The notes under the pieces were generated by a model, which was not told the origin of the DNA, did not search any database, and saw only the letters and a list, made by a program, of their open reading frames with translations. From Anaeramoeba ignava BMAN (Eukaryota > Protista > Anaeramoebae), in assembly GCA_028826165.1 (NCBI GenBank), contig JAPDFW010000067.1:248001-312000 (forward strand): a stretch of DNA of 64,000 nt. Reading direction: 5' to 3'. Each line of letters begins with the position of its first letter. Position 1 is the stretch's first letter. Shown in pieces: positions 1 to 12,654 of this stretch. The position numbers and the translations under genes are program-made.

Positions 1-368
1 GCGTTATTCAATTGATTCCTGGCATTGTTATCGCTATTGTTGCCATTTCATATTGCAGTTTTAATCTCTCTTCACAATCTTCCACTTTCAAGATCTCAAA
101 AGATGACTCAAAAGATCTTGGTTATCAAGGCGATCTTGAACAAGCTCCTTATTCTTACTGGTTCTTCCACTTTGTTTATGCTTCTGCTTCCCTTTATATG
201 GCAATGCTTCTTACCGGTTGGGATATTTCTGATACAAGCTCTTCTTTTAGTGTCGATGTCAGTTGGACTTCAATGTGGGTCAAAATGGGTTGCCAATGGC
301 TCGTTATTATTCTTTATACTTGGAGTTTGGTCGCTCCTTTGGTTCTTAAAGACAGAGATTTTGATTAA
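1..368 (+). CDS. SERINC: Serine incorporator (SERINC/TMS1) family, C-terminal part; 5' end lies outside the window
   Basis: YSYWFFHFVYASASLYMAMLLTGW ... SWTSMWVKMGCQWL...LYTWSLVAPLVLKDRDF is the typical SERINC C-terminus; TAA at 366-368. Confidence 0.93.
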   Translation, partial: VIQLIPGIVIAIVAISYCSFNLSSQSSTFKISKDDSKDLGYQGDLEQAPYSYWFFHFVYASASLYMAMLLTGWDISDTSSSFSVDVSWTSMWVKMGCQWLVIILYTWSLVAPLVLKDRDFD

Positions 369-482
369 GATTATTTTCTTTTTTTCCTTTTCTTTTTTTC
401 CTTTTCTTTTTTCCTTTTCTTTTTTAATGAAAGAACAAAAATATTTGAAAATTTCCTTTTTTAATTTTTTAATTTTTTATTT

Positions 483-1365
483 TTAAAAATCAAATAATAT
501 TCGAAGAGTTTTAACTCCAATAAATAATGAAACTACACATCCAAATATTGAAATTATTCTGCATATTGCATCTAATTTTTTACAGTTATTCTATAAATTA
601 ATTAATAAATAAAAAAAGGAAAAATTTCAATTTAATTTTTTGGATTTTGATTTTGATTTAACAAAAAAAAAGTGGAATAAGATTAAATTACTTCCGCATT
701 AAAATTTGTTGACCAAAGTAATCCAATAATTGCCCAAATCAATATAAAAATTGTAATAAATACTATTGTAATCTTTAATGAATTATTTGCCATTGTTTCA
801 GGAAATTCATGATGAATATAAAAAGAAAAACAAGCTAAAAAGCAAAGAATAACCCAAAAAATATTGAAAACACAAATCCAAACCCAAAGTGGTTTTAAAC
901 AATTAATATCTTTATCTTTTGATCCAATTAAAAAAGTTGGAATCAAAACAGCACAACTCAAAATAATACTTCCAAATAAAGTGAAAAAGAATTTTTTATC
1001 TGAAAAGAATCCTTCATAATCTTCAAATGTTTCATAACAACAACATTTACTTAAATGAAAGAATTTTAATTTCAAAAAAAAAAGTAGAATAAAAAATTTT
1101 GCTTTTTCTTTTTCTTTTTCTTTTTTACTTTGAATATTTTTCATTTAAATCATCTTCATTTGATATTGAATCTTCAAGGTCTTTGTTTTAATATAAGTTT
1201 TAATGGAAATTTTGATATAAATTTTGATATAAATTTTGATGTAAATTTTGATGTAAATTTTGATATAAATTTTGATATAAATTTTGATATAAATTTATTA
1301 TTTGAAATTATTAAATTACCCTTTTTTTCAATTAAAGGTATATTTAAATCATTTTTAGAAGACAT
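483..1365 (-). CDS. Small 4-TM protein (C-x-x-P-L-x-x-W type TM bundle, no RING). Exons 1365-1320, 1180-1129, 1049-692, 590-483
   Basis: Three GT-AG introns join in frame: MSSKNDLNIPLIEKK/DLEDS...KCCCYE...NCLKPLWVWICVF...WAIIGLLWS..NFNAE/NNCKKLDAICRIISIFGC...LFDF*. Four hydrophobic segments. Confidence 0.7.
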
Positions 1366-1672
1366 TTTTTTTGATTAAATCCACAAAAAAAAAATTCAAA
1401 TGATGAAAAATTGAAAGGAAAAAAGGAAAAATAAAAAATAAAAAAATGATTTTTTTATTATTAATAAATTCCACATTTTGGTTTTTTTCAACAACTCAAA
1501 AAAAAAATTTAAAAAAAAATAATCTAAATTTAACAAAAAAAAACAAAATAAAATTAAATTACTTAATAAATAAAGATTTCTTTTTTTTTTTTGATTTGAT
1601 TAATTTTTTTTAAAAAATTTCATTTTTTTATTTTTATTTTTTTAATTGAAAAATTTTTTTTTTCAATAATTA

Positions 1673-4600
1673 ATGAAAAAAGAAACAGATAATCCAAAAG
1701 ATAGAGGAGGTTGGAGTTATTTTGTGTTTATTTGTCTAGGACTTGCACATTTATTACCTTTTAATTGCTTTATTACAGCTTATGAATATTTTTCGTCAGC
1801 TTTTCCAACAAATAAAAATTTTGAGTTTGCTTTTAATAGTATTTTTAATTCAGCTTCTGTTTTAGGTCTTATTTCTGACATAGTTTATCAAAATAGAAAA
1901 AAGAAAAGTAATATTTAAAAATGATATAATTAAATTTATAATTATATTTAAATTTATAATTAAATTTATAATTAAATTTATCTTTAAATTTATAATTATA
2001 TTTATAATTAAATTAATAATTAAATTTATCTATTAAATTTATAATTATATTTATAATTATATTTATAATTAAATTTATAATTAAATTTATAATTATATTT
2101 ATATTTAAATTTATAATTAAATTTATAATTAAAATTATAATTAAATTTATAATTAAAATTATGAATTAAATTTATAATCAAATTTATAATCAAATTTATA
2201 TTTAAATTTATAATTATATTTATAATTATATTTATAATTATATTTATAATTAAATTTATAATTAAATTTATAATTATATTTATAATTATATTTATAATTA
2301 TATTTATAATTAAATTTATAATTAAATTTATAATTATATTTATAATTAAATTTATAATTAAATTTATAATTATATTTATAATTAAATTTATAATTAAATT
2401 TATAATTATATTTATAATTATATTTATAATTTATATTTATATTTATATTTATATTTATATTTATAATTAAATTTATATTTATATTTATATTTTATATTTA
2501 TAATTAAATTTATAATTAAATTTATAATTAAATTTATAATTATATTTATAATTAAATTTATAATCAAATTTTATAATCATATTTATAATTATATTTATAA
2601 TTATATTTATAATTAAATTTATAATTATATTTATAATCAAAATTTATAATTATATTTATAATTAAATTTATAATTAAATTTATAATTAAATTTATAATTA
2701 TATTTATAATTAAATTTATAATTATATTTATAATTATATTTATAATTAAATTTATAATTATATTTATAATTATATTTATAATTATATTTATAATTATATT
2801 TATAATTAAATTTATAATTAAATTTATAATTAAATTTATAATTAAATTTTATAATTAAATTTATAATTATATTTATAATTAAATTTATAATTAAATTTGT
2901 AATTATATTTGTATTTATAATTATATTTATAATTAAATTTTATATTTAAATTTATAATTAAATTTATAATTAAAATTTATAATTAAAATTTATAATTAAA
3001 TTTTATAATTATATTTATAATTAAATTTATAATTAAATTTGTAATTAAAATTATAATTAAATTTATAATTATATTTATAATTAAATTTATAATTAAATTT
3101 ATAATTAAATTTATAATTAAATTTATAATTAAATTTATCTATTATATTTATAATTAAATTTATATTTAAATTTATAATTAAATTTATAATTAAATTTGTA
3201 ATTAAATTTATAATTATATTAATAATTATATTTATAATTAAATTTATAATTATATTTATAATTATATTTATAATTAAATTTATAATTAAATTTATAATTA
3301 AATTTATAATTAAATTATAATTAAAATTTATAATTTAAATTTAGTATTTATATTTATAATTATATTTATAATTAAATTTATAATTAAATTAATAATTAAA
3401 TTAATAATTAAATTTATCTATTAAATTTATAATTAAATTTATAATTAAATTTATAATTAAATTTATAATTATATTTAAAATTACATTTGTAATTAAATTT
3501 ATAATTAAATTTATAATTATATTTATATTTAAATTTATAATTACATTTATAATTAAATTTATAATTATATTTATAATTATATTTATATTTATATATATAA
3601 TTAAATTTATAATTAAATTTATAATTATATTTATATTTAAATATATAATTAAATTTATAATTAAAATTTATATTTAAATTTATATTTATAATTAGAATGG
3701 TTACTTATAAATAAAGATACAAATTTTAGAAGAAATTTTTCATTTGGAATGATATTATCATTACTTTTTGAGATTGCAACACAGATTCTTGTTCCAGTTT
3801 TCATAGAGTTAATAAAAGGAAAAATATCATTTTACTTAACACTTATACTAGTTTTTGTTGGAGGATATTTCACAGGAATTTTTCAATCAGGAATGTTTAG
3901 TTTCGCAGCAATTCTACCACCAAAATACACACAAGCAGTAATGACAGGACAAGGAGTTGCAGGTGCAGGTGTTTCACTTCTTAGAGTTATTACTCGAGTT
4001 AGTTTTGAAGACACTAAAGAAGGATTAAAAAAATCATCCATTTTGTACTTTTCAATTTCTGCTTTTATATTAGTTTGTGTTTTGTTTTGCTTCCTTTTTT
4101 TACTCAAAACAAGATTTATTAAATACCATCTCGAAGTATTTTGGGCATATTCTTTCCAAAATAAAAAACAAGAAGAAAAAGACAAACTTCTTGAGAAATC
4201 AGATGAAGAATATCAATTCAAATCAATAAGCGAAAATAGTAATAATGATGAAAAATCAGATGATCCAAAAAATGATTTAAAAGATAATTTAAAAAATGAT
4301 TCAAAAAATGATTTAAAAGATAATTTAAAAAATGATTTAAAAAATGATTCAAAAGATGATTTAAAAGATAATTTAAAAGATGATTTAAAAGAAAATCAAA
4401 ATGAAACAATTTTAGATGATTTAAAAGAAAATCAAAATAATCATTTAAAAAATGTTCATGAACGAGATCAAGAAAATCATAAGTTACTTGAAACACATAA
4501 AATAAAACTTAAATCTGTTGCAAAAGAACTAGCAAAATTTGAATTTGGAGTTTTTTTTGTGTTTTTTGTTACATTAGCATTATTTCCATCAGTTATAACA

Positions 4601-5736
4601 CAAATTCCATCACAAAAATCATCATTAACAAGTGGTGGTTGGTTTGCAATTATTATGATTAGTGTGTTTAATTTCTTTGATTTGATTGGAAGAACATTAC
4701 CTCGTTGGTTTTCTCGTCTTTTTCCTTTCAAGGTTCTGTTTATAATTATTGTTTCTCGATCAGTTTTCTTTGTTCTTTTTTTACTTTCAGCAAACAAAAT
4801 CATTTATTCAGATGCTTTATCAATCATTTTTATGGTGATTTTTGCACTTTCAAATGGATATTGTTCAAGTGTAATAATGATGATCGCACCTCATTCAATT
4901 CAACCATATAAACGAGATGCAGCTGGAAGTTTAATGGTGTGTTTATTAATTTCAATTTTAATTTAATTTTAATTTAATTTAATTTAATTTAATTTGATTT
5001 AATTTAATTTAATTTAATTTAATTTAATATTGATTTTATTAATTTAATTTAATTTAATTTAATTTAATTTAATTTAATTTAATTTTGATTTAATTTAATT
5101 TAATTTAATTTAATTTAATTTTTGTTCCACTTTTTTTATTGATTTAATTTAATTTGATTTAATTTAATTTTATTTTAATTTAATTTTGATTTAATTTTAA
5201 TTTAATTTAATTTTATTTGATTTAATTTAATTTAATTTGATTTGATTTGATTTAATTTTATGTTATTTTAATTTAATTTTAATTTAATTTGATTTAATTT
5301 AATTTAATATTGATTTAATTTAATTTAATTTAATTTAAATTTGATTTAATTTAATTTGATTTTTAATTTAATTTTAATTTTAATTTTAATTTAATTTAAT
5401 TTAATATTGATTTAATTTAATTTTAATTTTAATTTGATTTAATTTTTGTTCCACTTTTTTTTTTATTGATTTTATTTATTAATTTAATTTAATTTAATTT
5501 GATTTGATTTGATTTAATTTTGATTTAATTTTGATTTTAATTTTTGTTCCACTTTTTTTATTGATTTAATTTTAATTTTGATTTTAATTTTAATTTGATT
5601 TGATTTTAATTTTAATTTTTGTTCCACTTTTTTTTTTATTGATTTTATTTTAAAAAAAAATTAGACTGCATTTCTACAAATTGGATTAGTTGTTGGTTCA
5701 TGTTCTTCTTGGATTTTCATTTTATTTCTTCCTTAA
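1673..5736 (+). CDS. Equilibrative nucleoside transporter (ENT/SLC29). Exons 1673-1907, 3696-4936, 5665-5736
   Basis: LGLAHLLPFNCFITAYEYF, YTQAVMTGQGVAG, FFVTLALFP, FNFFDLIGR and FALSNGY motifs. Introns 1908-3695 and 4937-5664 (GT-AG) keep the frame; last TM is TAFLQIGLVVGS. Confidence 0.93.
1925..3690. repeat. About 12-bp satellite (TTTATAATTAAA/TTTATAATTATA)n filling ENT intron 1
   Basis: Seen directly; almost free of G and C. Confidence 0.95.
4950..5650. repeat. (TTAAT/TTGAT)n satellite filling ENT intron 2, with four embedded TTTGTTCCACTTTTTT motifs
   Basis: Seen directly; motifs near 5121, 5446, 5543 and 5618. Confidence 0.9.
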
Positions 5737-5939
5737 AATTAAAATCTTAAATTTAAAATCTAAAAAAAATAAACTCTTTTTTTTTAGAATAATAAAAGAA
5801 AAAAAAGAAAACTTCGTTATATTTTTTTTAACGAAATTCTTATTTTCTTTTAAAAAAAAAAATTTTTTGAAAAATATCCATTTTTTTCATTTTTGTTTTT
5901 TTTATTCATTTTTGTTTTTATTTTTGTTTTTATTTTTTA

Positions 5940-7634
5940 ATGAAGCAATTCCAAAACAAAGCAGATCTATCAAAGAATTTAACAGAAAAATTATTTTCAT
6001 TAAATCCAATATTTCCTGATTGCCAAATAGTATCAACTGACGGACAAAACACAAAAACATTCCATTGTCATAAAGCAATTCTTGCAAGTAGAAGTCAAAC
6101 ATTTTTGGAAGTTTTTCAAGATCAAAATCCAACTTTAGAAACTATTCGATTCACAGACGTTTCACCTTCAATTATGGAAGCAATTTTGGAATACATTTAC
6201 TCAGGAGGAATGAAAATTACAAATCAAGATCCTTTTGATTTACTTCATTGTGCAACTCATTTTAAATTGGATTCAAAATTAATTGATTTTTTGGAAAAAG
6301 TTATTAAAGAAAAACTTGACACAACAAATATTATTGAAAATTACCATTCTGCACAACAAAAGGACATGAAAGGAGCAGTGCAAAAATGTTGGCAATTTAT
6401 TCTTGAGAATTTCAATGAAATGTACTTGCAAAGATCCATTTTCAAACTTTCGGAAGTTGATTTTAAAAATTTATTATGTGATCCAAATTTTGCCCCCAAA
6501 ATATCCGAAATGGATCTGTTTAAAATCATGATTCAATGGAGTCAATTCAAGTTGAACATACCGATTGATCGACTTGTGATCAATCAAACAACTAAAGAAG
6601 TTCTCAAAAACGGAATCAAAGATGTTTATCAAGGAATCCGTTTTTGCGACATGAACCAAAGTGAGATCTCAATAATTGAAGGATTAGACATTATTCCAAA
6701 GTCTGTGATGTATGATATTCTCCTTTATTTCGCTTCTGATAAAAAACGCAATGAACTCATTAGTAAATATGAAAAGGAAGATGCTTATTTTTTCAAATCA
6801 AGAAGAGAAAACAGCGAGAAATCAAAAGCAGAATTTGAAGAGATTAAACTTGTTGATCAAGATTTTGATTTAACGGAAATTGAACTAAATACAAAATCAT
6901 CCAAAAAGGATTCCAAAAAGGATTCCAAAAAGCATTCCAAAAAGCATTCCAAAAAACATTCACAAAAACATTCACAAAAACATTCACAAAGTTATTCAAA
7001 ACCAAAACCGCAAAAAGAATATTATCTTGATGTCAAAAAACTCAAACCAATCAAAAAAGAAATCTCAAAAAAGCCCAAAAAAAATAAGCAGATTCCGTTA
7101 AAAGAATTTTCCGTTGTTGAAAAGTGGATTCCTGATCAGAAATTTTTCAAAGAAATGAAATTAGGATTCAAAGCATCAACCGATGGATGGAGTTCATCTA
7201 TTTTTCATCAGAAATGCGACGATAAAGGACAAGCGTTAATTTTGATTAAAACCAAAAATCACTGTTTATTTGGCGCATACACAGACAAGGGATTTGTAAC
7301 AGATCGCACAAAATGGTCTGGAAAAAGTTTGAATGGAAAAGGTTGGATCAATGATCCTCAAGCGTTTATTTTTTCGATAAAGAACACAACAAATAGTATC
7401 CCCCAAATTTTCAATTTGAACCAAACTCAACAAATGTTTTCAATAACTTATGATTTGGATACTGGTCCTGATTTTGGTGATTTTCGTGTTGATAAAAAAT
7501 TAAAACATGGAATTTCTAATTCTCCTTCAATTTATTCAATTAATCCTATTAATTATCAAGGCAAACCAGAAGAATATTTGGCTGGATCAACAAAATGGAA
7601 AATTAAAGAATTGGAAGTTTATTTAAAAAAGTGA
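5940..7634 (+). CDS. BTB/POZ-BACK-TLDc protein, intronless
   Basis: FHCHKAILASRS...ILEYIYSG (BTB); BACK-like SEMDLF...W and IRF; TLDc motifs KASTDGWSSSIFHQKCDDKG..LILIKT...FGAYT and IKELEVY. Confidence 0.9.
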   Translation: MKQFQNKADLSKNLTEKLFSLNPIFPDCQIVSTDGQNTKTFHCHKAILASRSQTFLEVFQDQNPTLETIRFTDVSPSIMEAILEYIYSGGMKITNQDPFDLLHCATHFKLDSKLIDFLEKVIKEKLDTTNIIENYHSAQQKDMKGAVQKCWQFILENFNEMYLQRSIFKLSEVDFKNLLCDPNFAPKISEMDLFKIMIQWSQFKLNIPIDRLVINQTTKEVLKNGIKDVYQGIRFCDMNQSEISIIEGLDIIPKSVMYDILLYFASDKKRNELISKYEKEDAYFFKSRRENSEKSKAEFEEIKLVDQDFDLTEIELNTKSSKKDSKKDSKKHSKKHSKKHSQKHSQKHSQSYSKPKPQKEYYLDVKKLKPIKKEISKKPKKNKQIPLKEFSVVEKWIPDQKFFKEMKLGFKASTDGWSSSIFHQKCDDKGQALILIKTKNHCLFGAYTDKGFVTDRTKWSGKSLNGKGWINDPQAFIFSIKNTTNSIPQIFNLNQTQQMFSITYDLDTGPDFGDFRVDKKLKHGISNSPSIYSINPINYQGKPEEYLAGSTKWKIKELEVYLKK

Positions 7635-7833
7635 ATTTTTTTCAATTTAATTTTTCGAATTGATTTTCTTAAAATGAAAAAATTTTTTTTTCATTTTCTT
7701 TCTTTCATTTTTTTTCTTTCAAAAAAATAAAAGAAATTTAAAAGAAATTTAAAAACAATTTAAAAACAAAATTTAAAAGAAAAATTTAAAAACAAAATTT
7801 AAAAACAAAATTTAAAAACAATTTAAAAGCAAA

Positions 7834-9282
7834 ATGTCTTCTTTAGTTTTTTCTGATGATGAAAAACTCAAAAAAAATTTACAAAATGTTTTTCTCAATA
7901 AAAAATACACAGATTTTGAAATTAAAGTTATAAATCCAAACAATGAAAAAGATATAAAAATATTCCCAACTCACAGAGCAATTCTTATGGAAAGAAGCGA
8001 ATATTTCAATGGATTATTTCGTTCCAAAATGAAAGAAGAACAACAAGGATTTGTTGAATTTAATGATATTTCAGTCCAAACAATGGAAACTATTCTTGAG
8101 TACATTTATACAGGCTCGCTTCATATTAATCATAACAACGCACTTGAAATTCTTGTTGCATCAAAGAAATTCTGTTTTGAACCAAAACTAACCACTCAAT
8201 TAGTTGATTTTATTAGGCAAAATATTAATAATTCAAATGTTATTGATCTTTTGAATTTTGCAAATAATTTCGGTTATTCCGATATTTCCGCTTGCTGCTT
8301 TAATTATATCACATGGAACCCACAGCCCATTCTCGAGAGCCATCAGATCAGAGAAGTTAGTGAGGAGGATTTGAATGTTTTAGTTGTCAATGAGAATCTG
8401 AAAGTTAATGAAGAGTTGGAACTTTTTAATTATATTGTTGATTGGGCTCAATTCAATCTCAAACTCAAACCAGGAATCGAGAATTTACAGGAAAAAGACA
8501 CAGCTATTGTTGCAGATAAAATCAAGAAATTAGTTTCTAATGTTCGTTTTTGTGAAATTGATAAAGAAGATTTTTCTAGAATTGCGAAAATGAAAATTAT
8601 TCCAGATGAAATTGTTAAAATGATGAATGAATTTTTCGAAAAAAATTTAACAATACCAGAATTATTGATATTCCAGCCAAGAAGCAAGTTTCCCGAGAGT
8701 AAGATCATTGGCAAGAATTATGAGTACATTCAACTTCTGAAGGAATGGATCAACGATAATGAGTTCTTTAACAAGATGCAATTGGGATATGGAACCGACT
8801 ATACGGAATATACAACGGAAGAATTTCATGCACATTGTGATGAAAAAGGGAAAACACTTGTGATATATATATCAAGTGACGGCGATATATGTGGAGGGTT
8901 TACAAAGGTAGGCTGGACTGAGGATAGAAGCAAATGGAGACCTGAAGAGCGTGGGACATTTAAGGGGAACATCATTGATCCTGATGCTTTTATTTTCACT
9001 TTGAAAAATCCAAGAAATCATCCACCAACTAAATTCAAGATTCGCAAAGGAAAAGAAGAGTTTGCAATATGGTATGAAATGATTTATGGGCCTTGTTTTG
9101 GTGGAATTCGTACTCGTATTGGCGATATTGAGTTGTATTCTAATGTTCGGTATTATTTTTATTTTGGTGAATCTTATGAAATGCCTGATGGTGTTCATTT
9201 TGGTCGTGATGATTCTTATACTTTTTTAATGTCTGGTTCTCTTACTCGATTTGAATGCTTTTATATTCCTTCTGAAAAATGA
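7834..9282 (+). CDS. BTB/POZ-BACK-TLDc protein, intronless; tandem paralog of 5940-7634
   Basis: FPTHRAILMERSEYFNGLFRSKMKE, LEYIYTG, EELELF..W; TLDc motifs FHAHCDEKGKTLV, CGGFT, AFIFTLKN, YGPCFG. Confidence 0.9.
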   Translation: MSSLVFSDDEKLKKNLQNVFLNKKYTDFEIKVINPNNEKDIKIFPTHRAILMERSEYFNGLFRSKMKEEQQGFVEFNDISVQTMETILEYIYTGSLHINHNNALEILVASKKFCFEPKLTTQLVDFIRQNINNSNVIDLLNFANNFGYSDISACCFNYITWNPQPILESHQIREVSEEDLNVLVVNENLKVNEELELFNYIVDWAQFNLKLKPGIENLQEKDTAIVADKIKKLVSNVRFCEIDKEDFSRIAKMKIIPDEIVKMMNEFFEKNLTIPELLIFQPRSKFPESKIIGKNYEYIQLLKEWINDNEFFNKMQLGYGTDYTEYTTEEFHAHCDEKGKTLVIYISSDGDICGGFTKVGWTEDRSKWRPEERGTFKGNIIDPDAFIFTLKNPRNHPPTKFKIRKGKEEFAIWYEMIYGPCFGGIRTRIGDIELYSNVRYYFYFGESYEMPDGVHFGRDDSYTFLMSGSLTRFECFYIPSEK

Positions 9283-9299
9283 TTTTTCCCAAATTTACA

Positions 9300-9752
9300 T
9301 TAAAATTCATTTAAAAATCAAAATTAAAATTAAAATGAAATTCATTTATAAAATCAAAATCAAAATTCATTTATAAAATTAATATTAAAATTAATATTAA
9401 AATTAAAATTAAAATTCATTTATAAATTAAAATTAAAATTAAAATTCATTTATAAATTAAAATTAAAATTAAAATCAAAATCAAAATTAAAATTAAAATT
9501 AAAATTAAAATTAAAAATTAAAATTAAAATTAAAATTAAAATTAAAATTAAAATTAAAATTAAAATTAAAATTAAAATTAAAATTCATTTATAAAATTAA
9601 TATTAAAATTAAAATCAAAATTAAAATCAAAATTAAAATCAAAATTAAAATTAAAATTAAAATCAAAATTAAAATTCATTTATAAAATTAAAATTAAAAT
9701 TAAAATTAAAATTAAATTTAAAATTAAAAATTAAAATTAAAATTAAAATTTA
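9300..9752. repeat. (AAAATT/AAAATC)n intergenic satellite
   Basis: Seen directly. Confidence 0.9.
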
Positions 9753-9887
9753 AATGAAGAACAAAAAGAGGAATGAAAAATTTTTTCCCTTTTTTATTCT
9801 TTTTAAATTTTTCTCCTTTTATTAAAAAAAAAAAGATTATTTTATTTTTCATTTTTTTCTTAATTTTTTTTTTTAATTACAAAATTA

Positions 9888-11695
9888 ATGGGATCTTTAA
9901 TTGGAAAATTTGTATTTCTCCCACCAAAAAATTATCCAGCATTTGAAGATAACAAATTATATTATGTTCATACAAGAAATAAGAAAAAAATACCCTTAAT
10001 ATGGATTGAACCACAAATTGCAAAACAAGAATTAGATTCACGTAAAAAAAGTTTTAGAAGAAGAAAAAAAAAAAGTATTATTCTTAAAGATAGTTTTCGG
10101 TTAAATTTTACTAGTTTACAAGAGTTTTTAAAAAATGATGAAAATGCTCAAAATAAGCATGATTTTTTAAATGAAAACCCTTTTAAAATTGAAAATTCAA
10201 TTGAAAATTCAAATGAAAATCAAATTGAAAATTCAAATGAAAATAAAGCTGAAAAATTAGTCGAAAATTTAGTTGAAAATTTAGTTGGAGATTCAGATGA
10301 AAATTCAGAAAAATTCAAATTCAAATTCAAATTCAAATTCAAATTCAAATTCAAATTCAAATTCAAATTCAAATTCAAATCAAAAAAATAAAAATGAAAA
10401 TTCTTTAAATATTAATTATAATTCAAATAAAGATTCAAAAAGTGAAAAATTTGAACTCTCTAATAGTGATAATGATACAAACACAAATAAAAAAGCTCAA
10501 CCGAAAACGGAAATAAAATCACATCCTATAAATTCTCTTTCAAATGAAAATTTCAACACAAATCAAATATCTAAAGGAAATAATAAGGAAAATTTAAGCA
10601 TAAAAGATAACAAACAACTCACAGAAACATCAAATTTACTTCAATCTTCACATAATACTTCACTGGAAACAATACATGATTTATCACGAAACCAATCAAC
10701 AAATCATCAGGATGAAAATAAAAACGAAACACCCAAATTTACTCTTTTATTTTCACATGGAAATGCAGAATCAATTTCACAATTACAAGATTGGGCAAAA
10801 CAAATTTCAATCAGATTGAATGTCAATATCCTTCTTTACGAGTATTGCGGTTATCCTCAAGCTGAAGGAAAAGTAATTATAATATGATAAATAATAATTA
10901 ACTAATTTATAAAAGAAAAAACAAATATTGAGAGATTTATTCCAAAAAGAAAAAAAATTTTTTATTCTTTTTTTTTTGGATCAAAAGTGGAATTATTTTT
11001 TTGGATTAATTTGATCTTCTTTTTAAAACACAAAATAATATATTGTATTAACACCTTGCATTGTTTTAATTTAAATATAAAATATATACGAGTAGTGTAG
11101 CGAAAGGAATTGTTATTTATGTGCAGAAGCAGCATTAAATTTTTTACTCGGAAATAAAAAAATACCGAAAAATGAAATTATTCTTTTTGGGCACAGTTTA
11201 GGGACAGGGGTAACAGTTCATTTAGCAACACAATTTGACGCAGCAGGGGTTATTTTGATGTCTCCATTATTGTCCTGTTTAAGGGTTGTTTTAAATACAG
11301 GATTTAGTTGGTATTGTGACATGTTTTGCAATATCGATAAAGCAAAAAATGTGAAACTACCGACTCTTGTGATTCATGGCAAAGATGATACAATAATTGA
11401 TTTTCATCACGGAGTGACGCTTAACAGTCTACTTCCGAACCATGTGAAGCCTCTTTGGATTGATGAAGCTTCACATAATGATATTGTTAGTGATTTTGGA
11501 AATGATTTTTATCCAACGGTTGAAGAGTTTCTTTCGGAATTGCTCGCAAAAACAGGTGATACTCGTAGAAATATTGATACTGTTATGCTTGAAAATCCTC
11601 CTTCTTTTTTAAATCATTCAGAAAATGAAGATGATAAGAAAAGTGGAAAAAATAAAAAAATTGATCTTGATGATTTTAATGAGAATCAAATTTAA
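9888..11695 (+). CDS. ABHD17: ABHD17-family alpha/beta hydrolase (depalmitoylase-like) with a long N/S-rich insert. Exons 9888-10872 (frame break near 10311) and 11096-11695
   Basis: KFVFLPP, TLLFSHGNAE, LLYEYCGY..AEGK / CSERNCY, nucleophile motif GHSLG, IHGKDD, ASHND. Intron 10873-11095 is GT-AG, phase 0. Confidence 0.85.
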
Positions 11696-11754
11696 ATCTA
11701 AATTTAATTTTATTTTTAATTTTAAAAGATTTAACAAAATTAAATTAAAAAATA

Positions 11755-12475
11755 ATAAAAAAAGAAAGATAAAAAAGTAAAATAAATTTTGCTTTCTTTT
11801 TTGATTAATTTTTGGATTGAAACAAAAAAAGTGGAACAAATTAAATTCAAATTCAAATTTAAAATTAAATTCAAATTAAATTTAAAAACAAATTCAAAAT
11901 TAAATTCAAAATTAAATTCAAAATTAAATTTAAAAAAAGAAAGATAAAAAAGTAAAATAAATTTTTCTTTCTTTTTTGATTAATTTTTGAATTTAAACAA
12001 AAAAAGTGGAACAAATTAAATTCAAATTTAATTCAAAATCAAATTAAATTTAAATTAAATTAAATTAAATTAAAAAATAATAAAAAAAGAAAGATAAAAA
12101 AGTAAAATAAATTTTTCTTTCTTTTTTGATTAATTTTTGAATTTAAACAAAAAAAGTGGAACAAATTAAATTCAAAATTAAAAATTAAATTCAAAATTCA
12201 AATTAAATTCAAATAAAATTAAATTAAATTCAAAATTAAAAATTAAAAAAAGAAAGATAAAAAAGTAAAATAAATTTTTCTTTCTTTTTGATTAATTTTT
12301 GGATTGAAACAAAAAAAGTGGAACAAATTAAATTCAAATTCAAAATTAAATTTAAAAACAAATTAAATTCAAAATTAAAATTAAAAAAAGAAAGATAAAA
12401 AAAGTAAAATAAATTTTTCTTTCTTTTTGATTAATTTTTGGATTGAAACAAAAAAAGTGGAACAAATTAAATTCA
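11755..12475. repeat. Five copies of an ~90-bp unit separated by variable AAATTC/AAAATT spacers
   Basis: AAAAAAGAAAGATAAAAAAGTAAAATAAATTTTTCTTTCTTTTTTGATTAATTTTTG...AAACAAAAAAAGTGGAACAAATTAAATTCAAA at about 11757, 11935, 12085, 12247 and 12385. Confidence 0.9.
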
Positions 12476-12654
12476 AATTAAATTTAAAAACAAATTCAAA
12501 ATTAAAATTTAAAAACAAATTCAAAATTAAAATTAAAATTCAAATCAAATTCAAAATTAAATTCAAATTCAAATTCAAAAAAAATTATTTTTTTCATTTT
12601 CATTTTTTTCATTTTTTTCTTTTAATTGAAAAAAAAAAAAAAAAACAAATTATA

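Noticed and set aside
11755-12475. CRISPR-like repeat/spacer array
   Set aside because: Eukaryotic context, repeats too long, spacers are low-complexity satellite, and no cas genes.
12427-12654. N-terminal extension of TYW3 in the ORF track
   Set aside because: Low-complexity upstream sequence with a TTG start; the conserved domain begins at ATG 12655.
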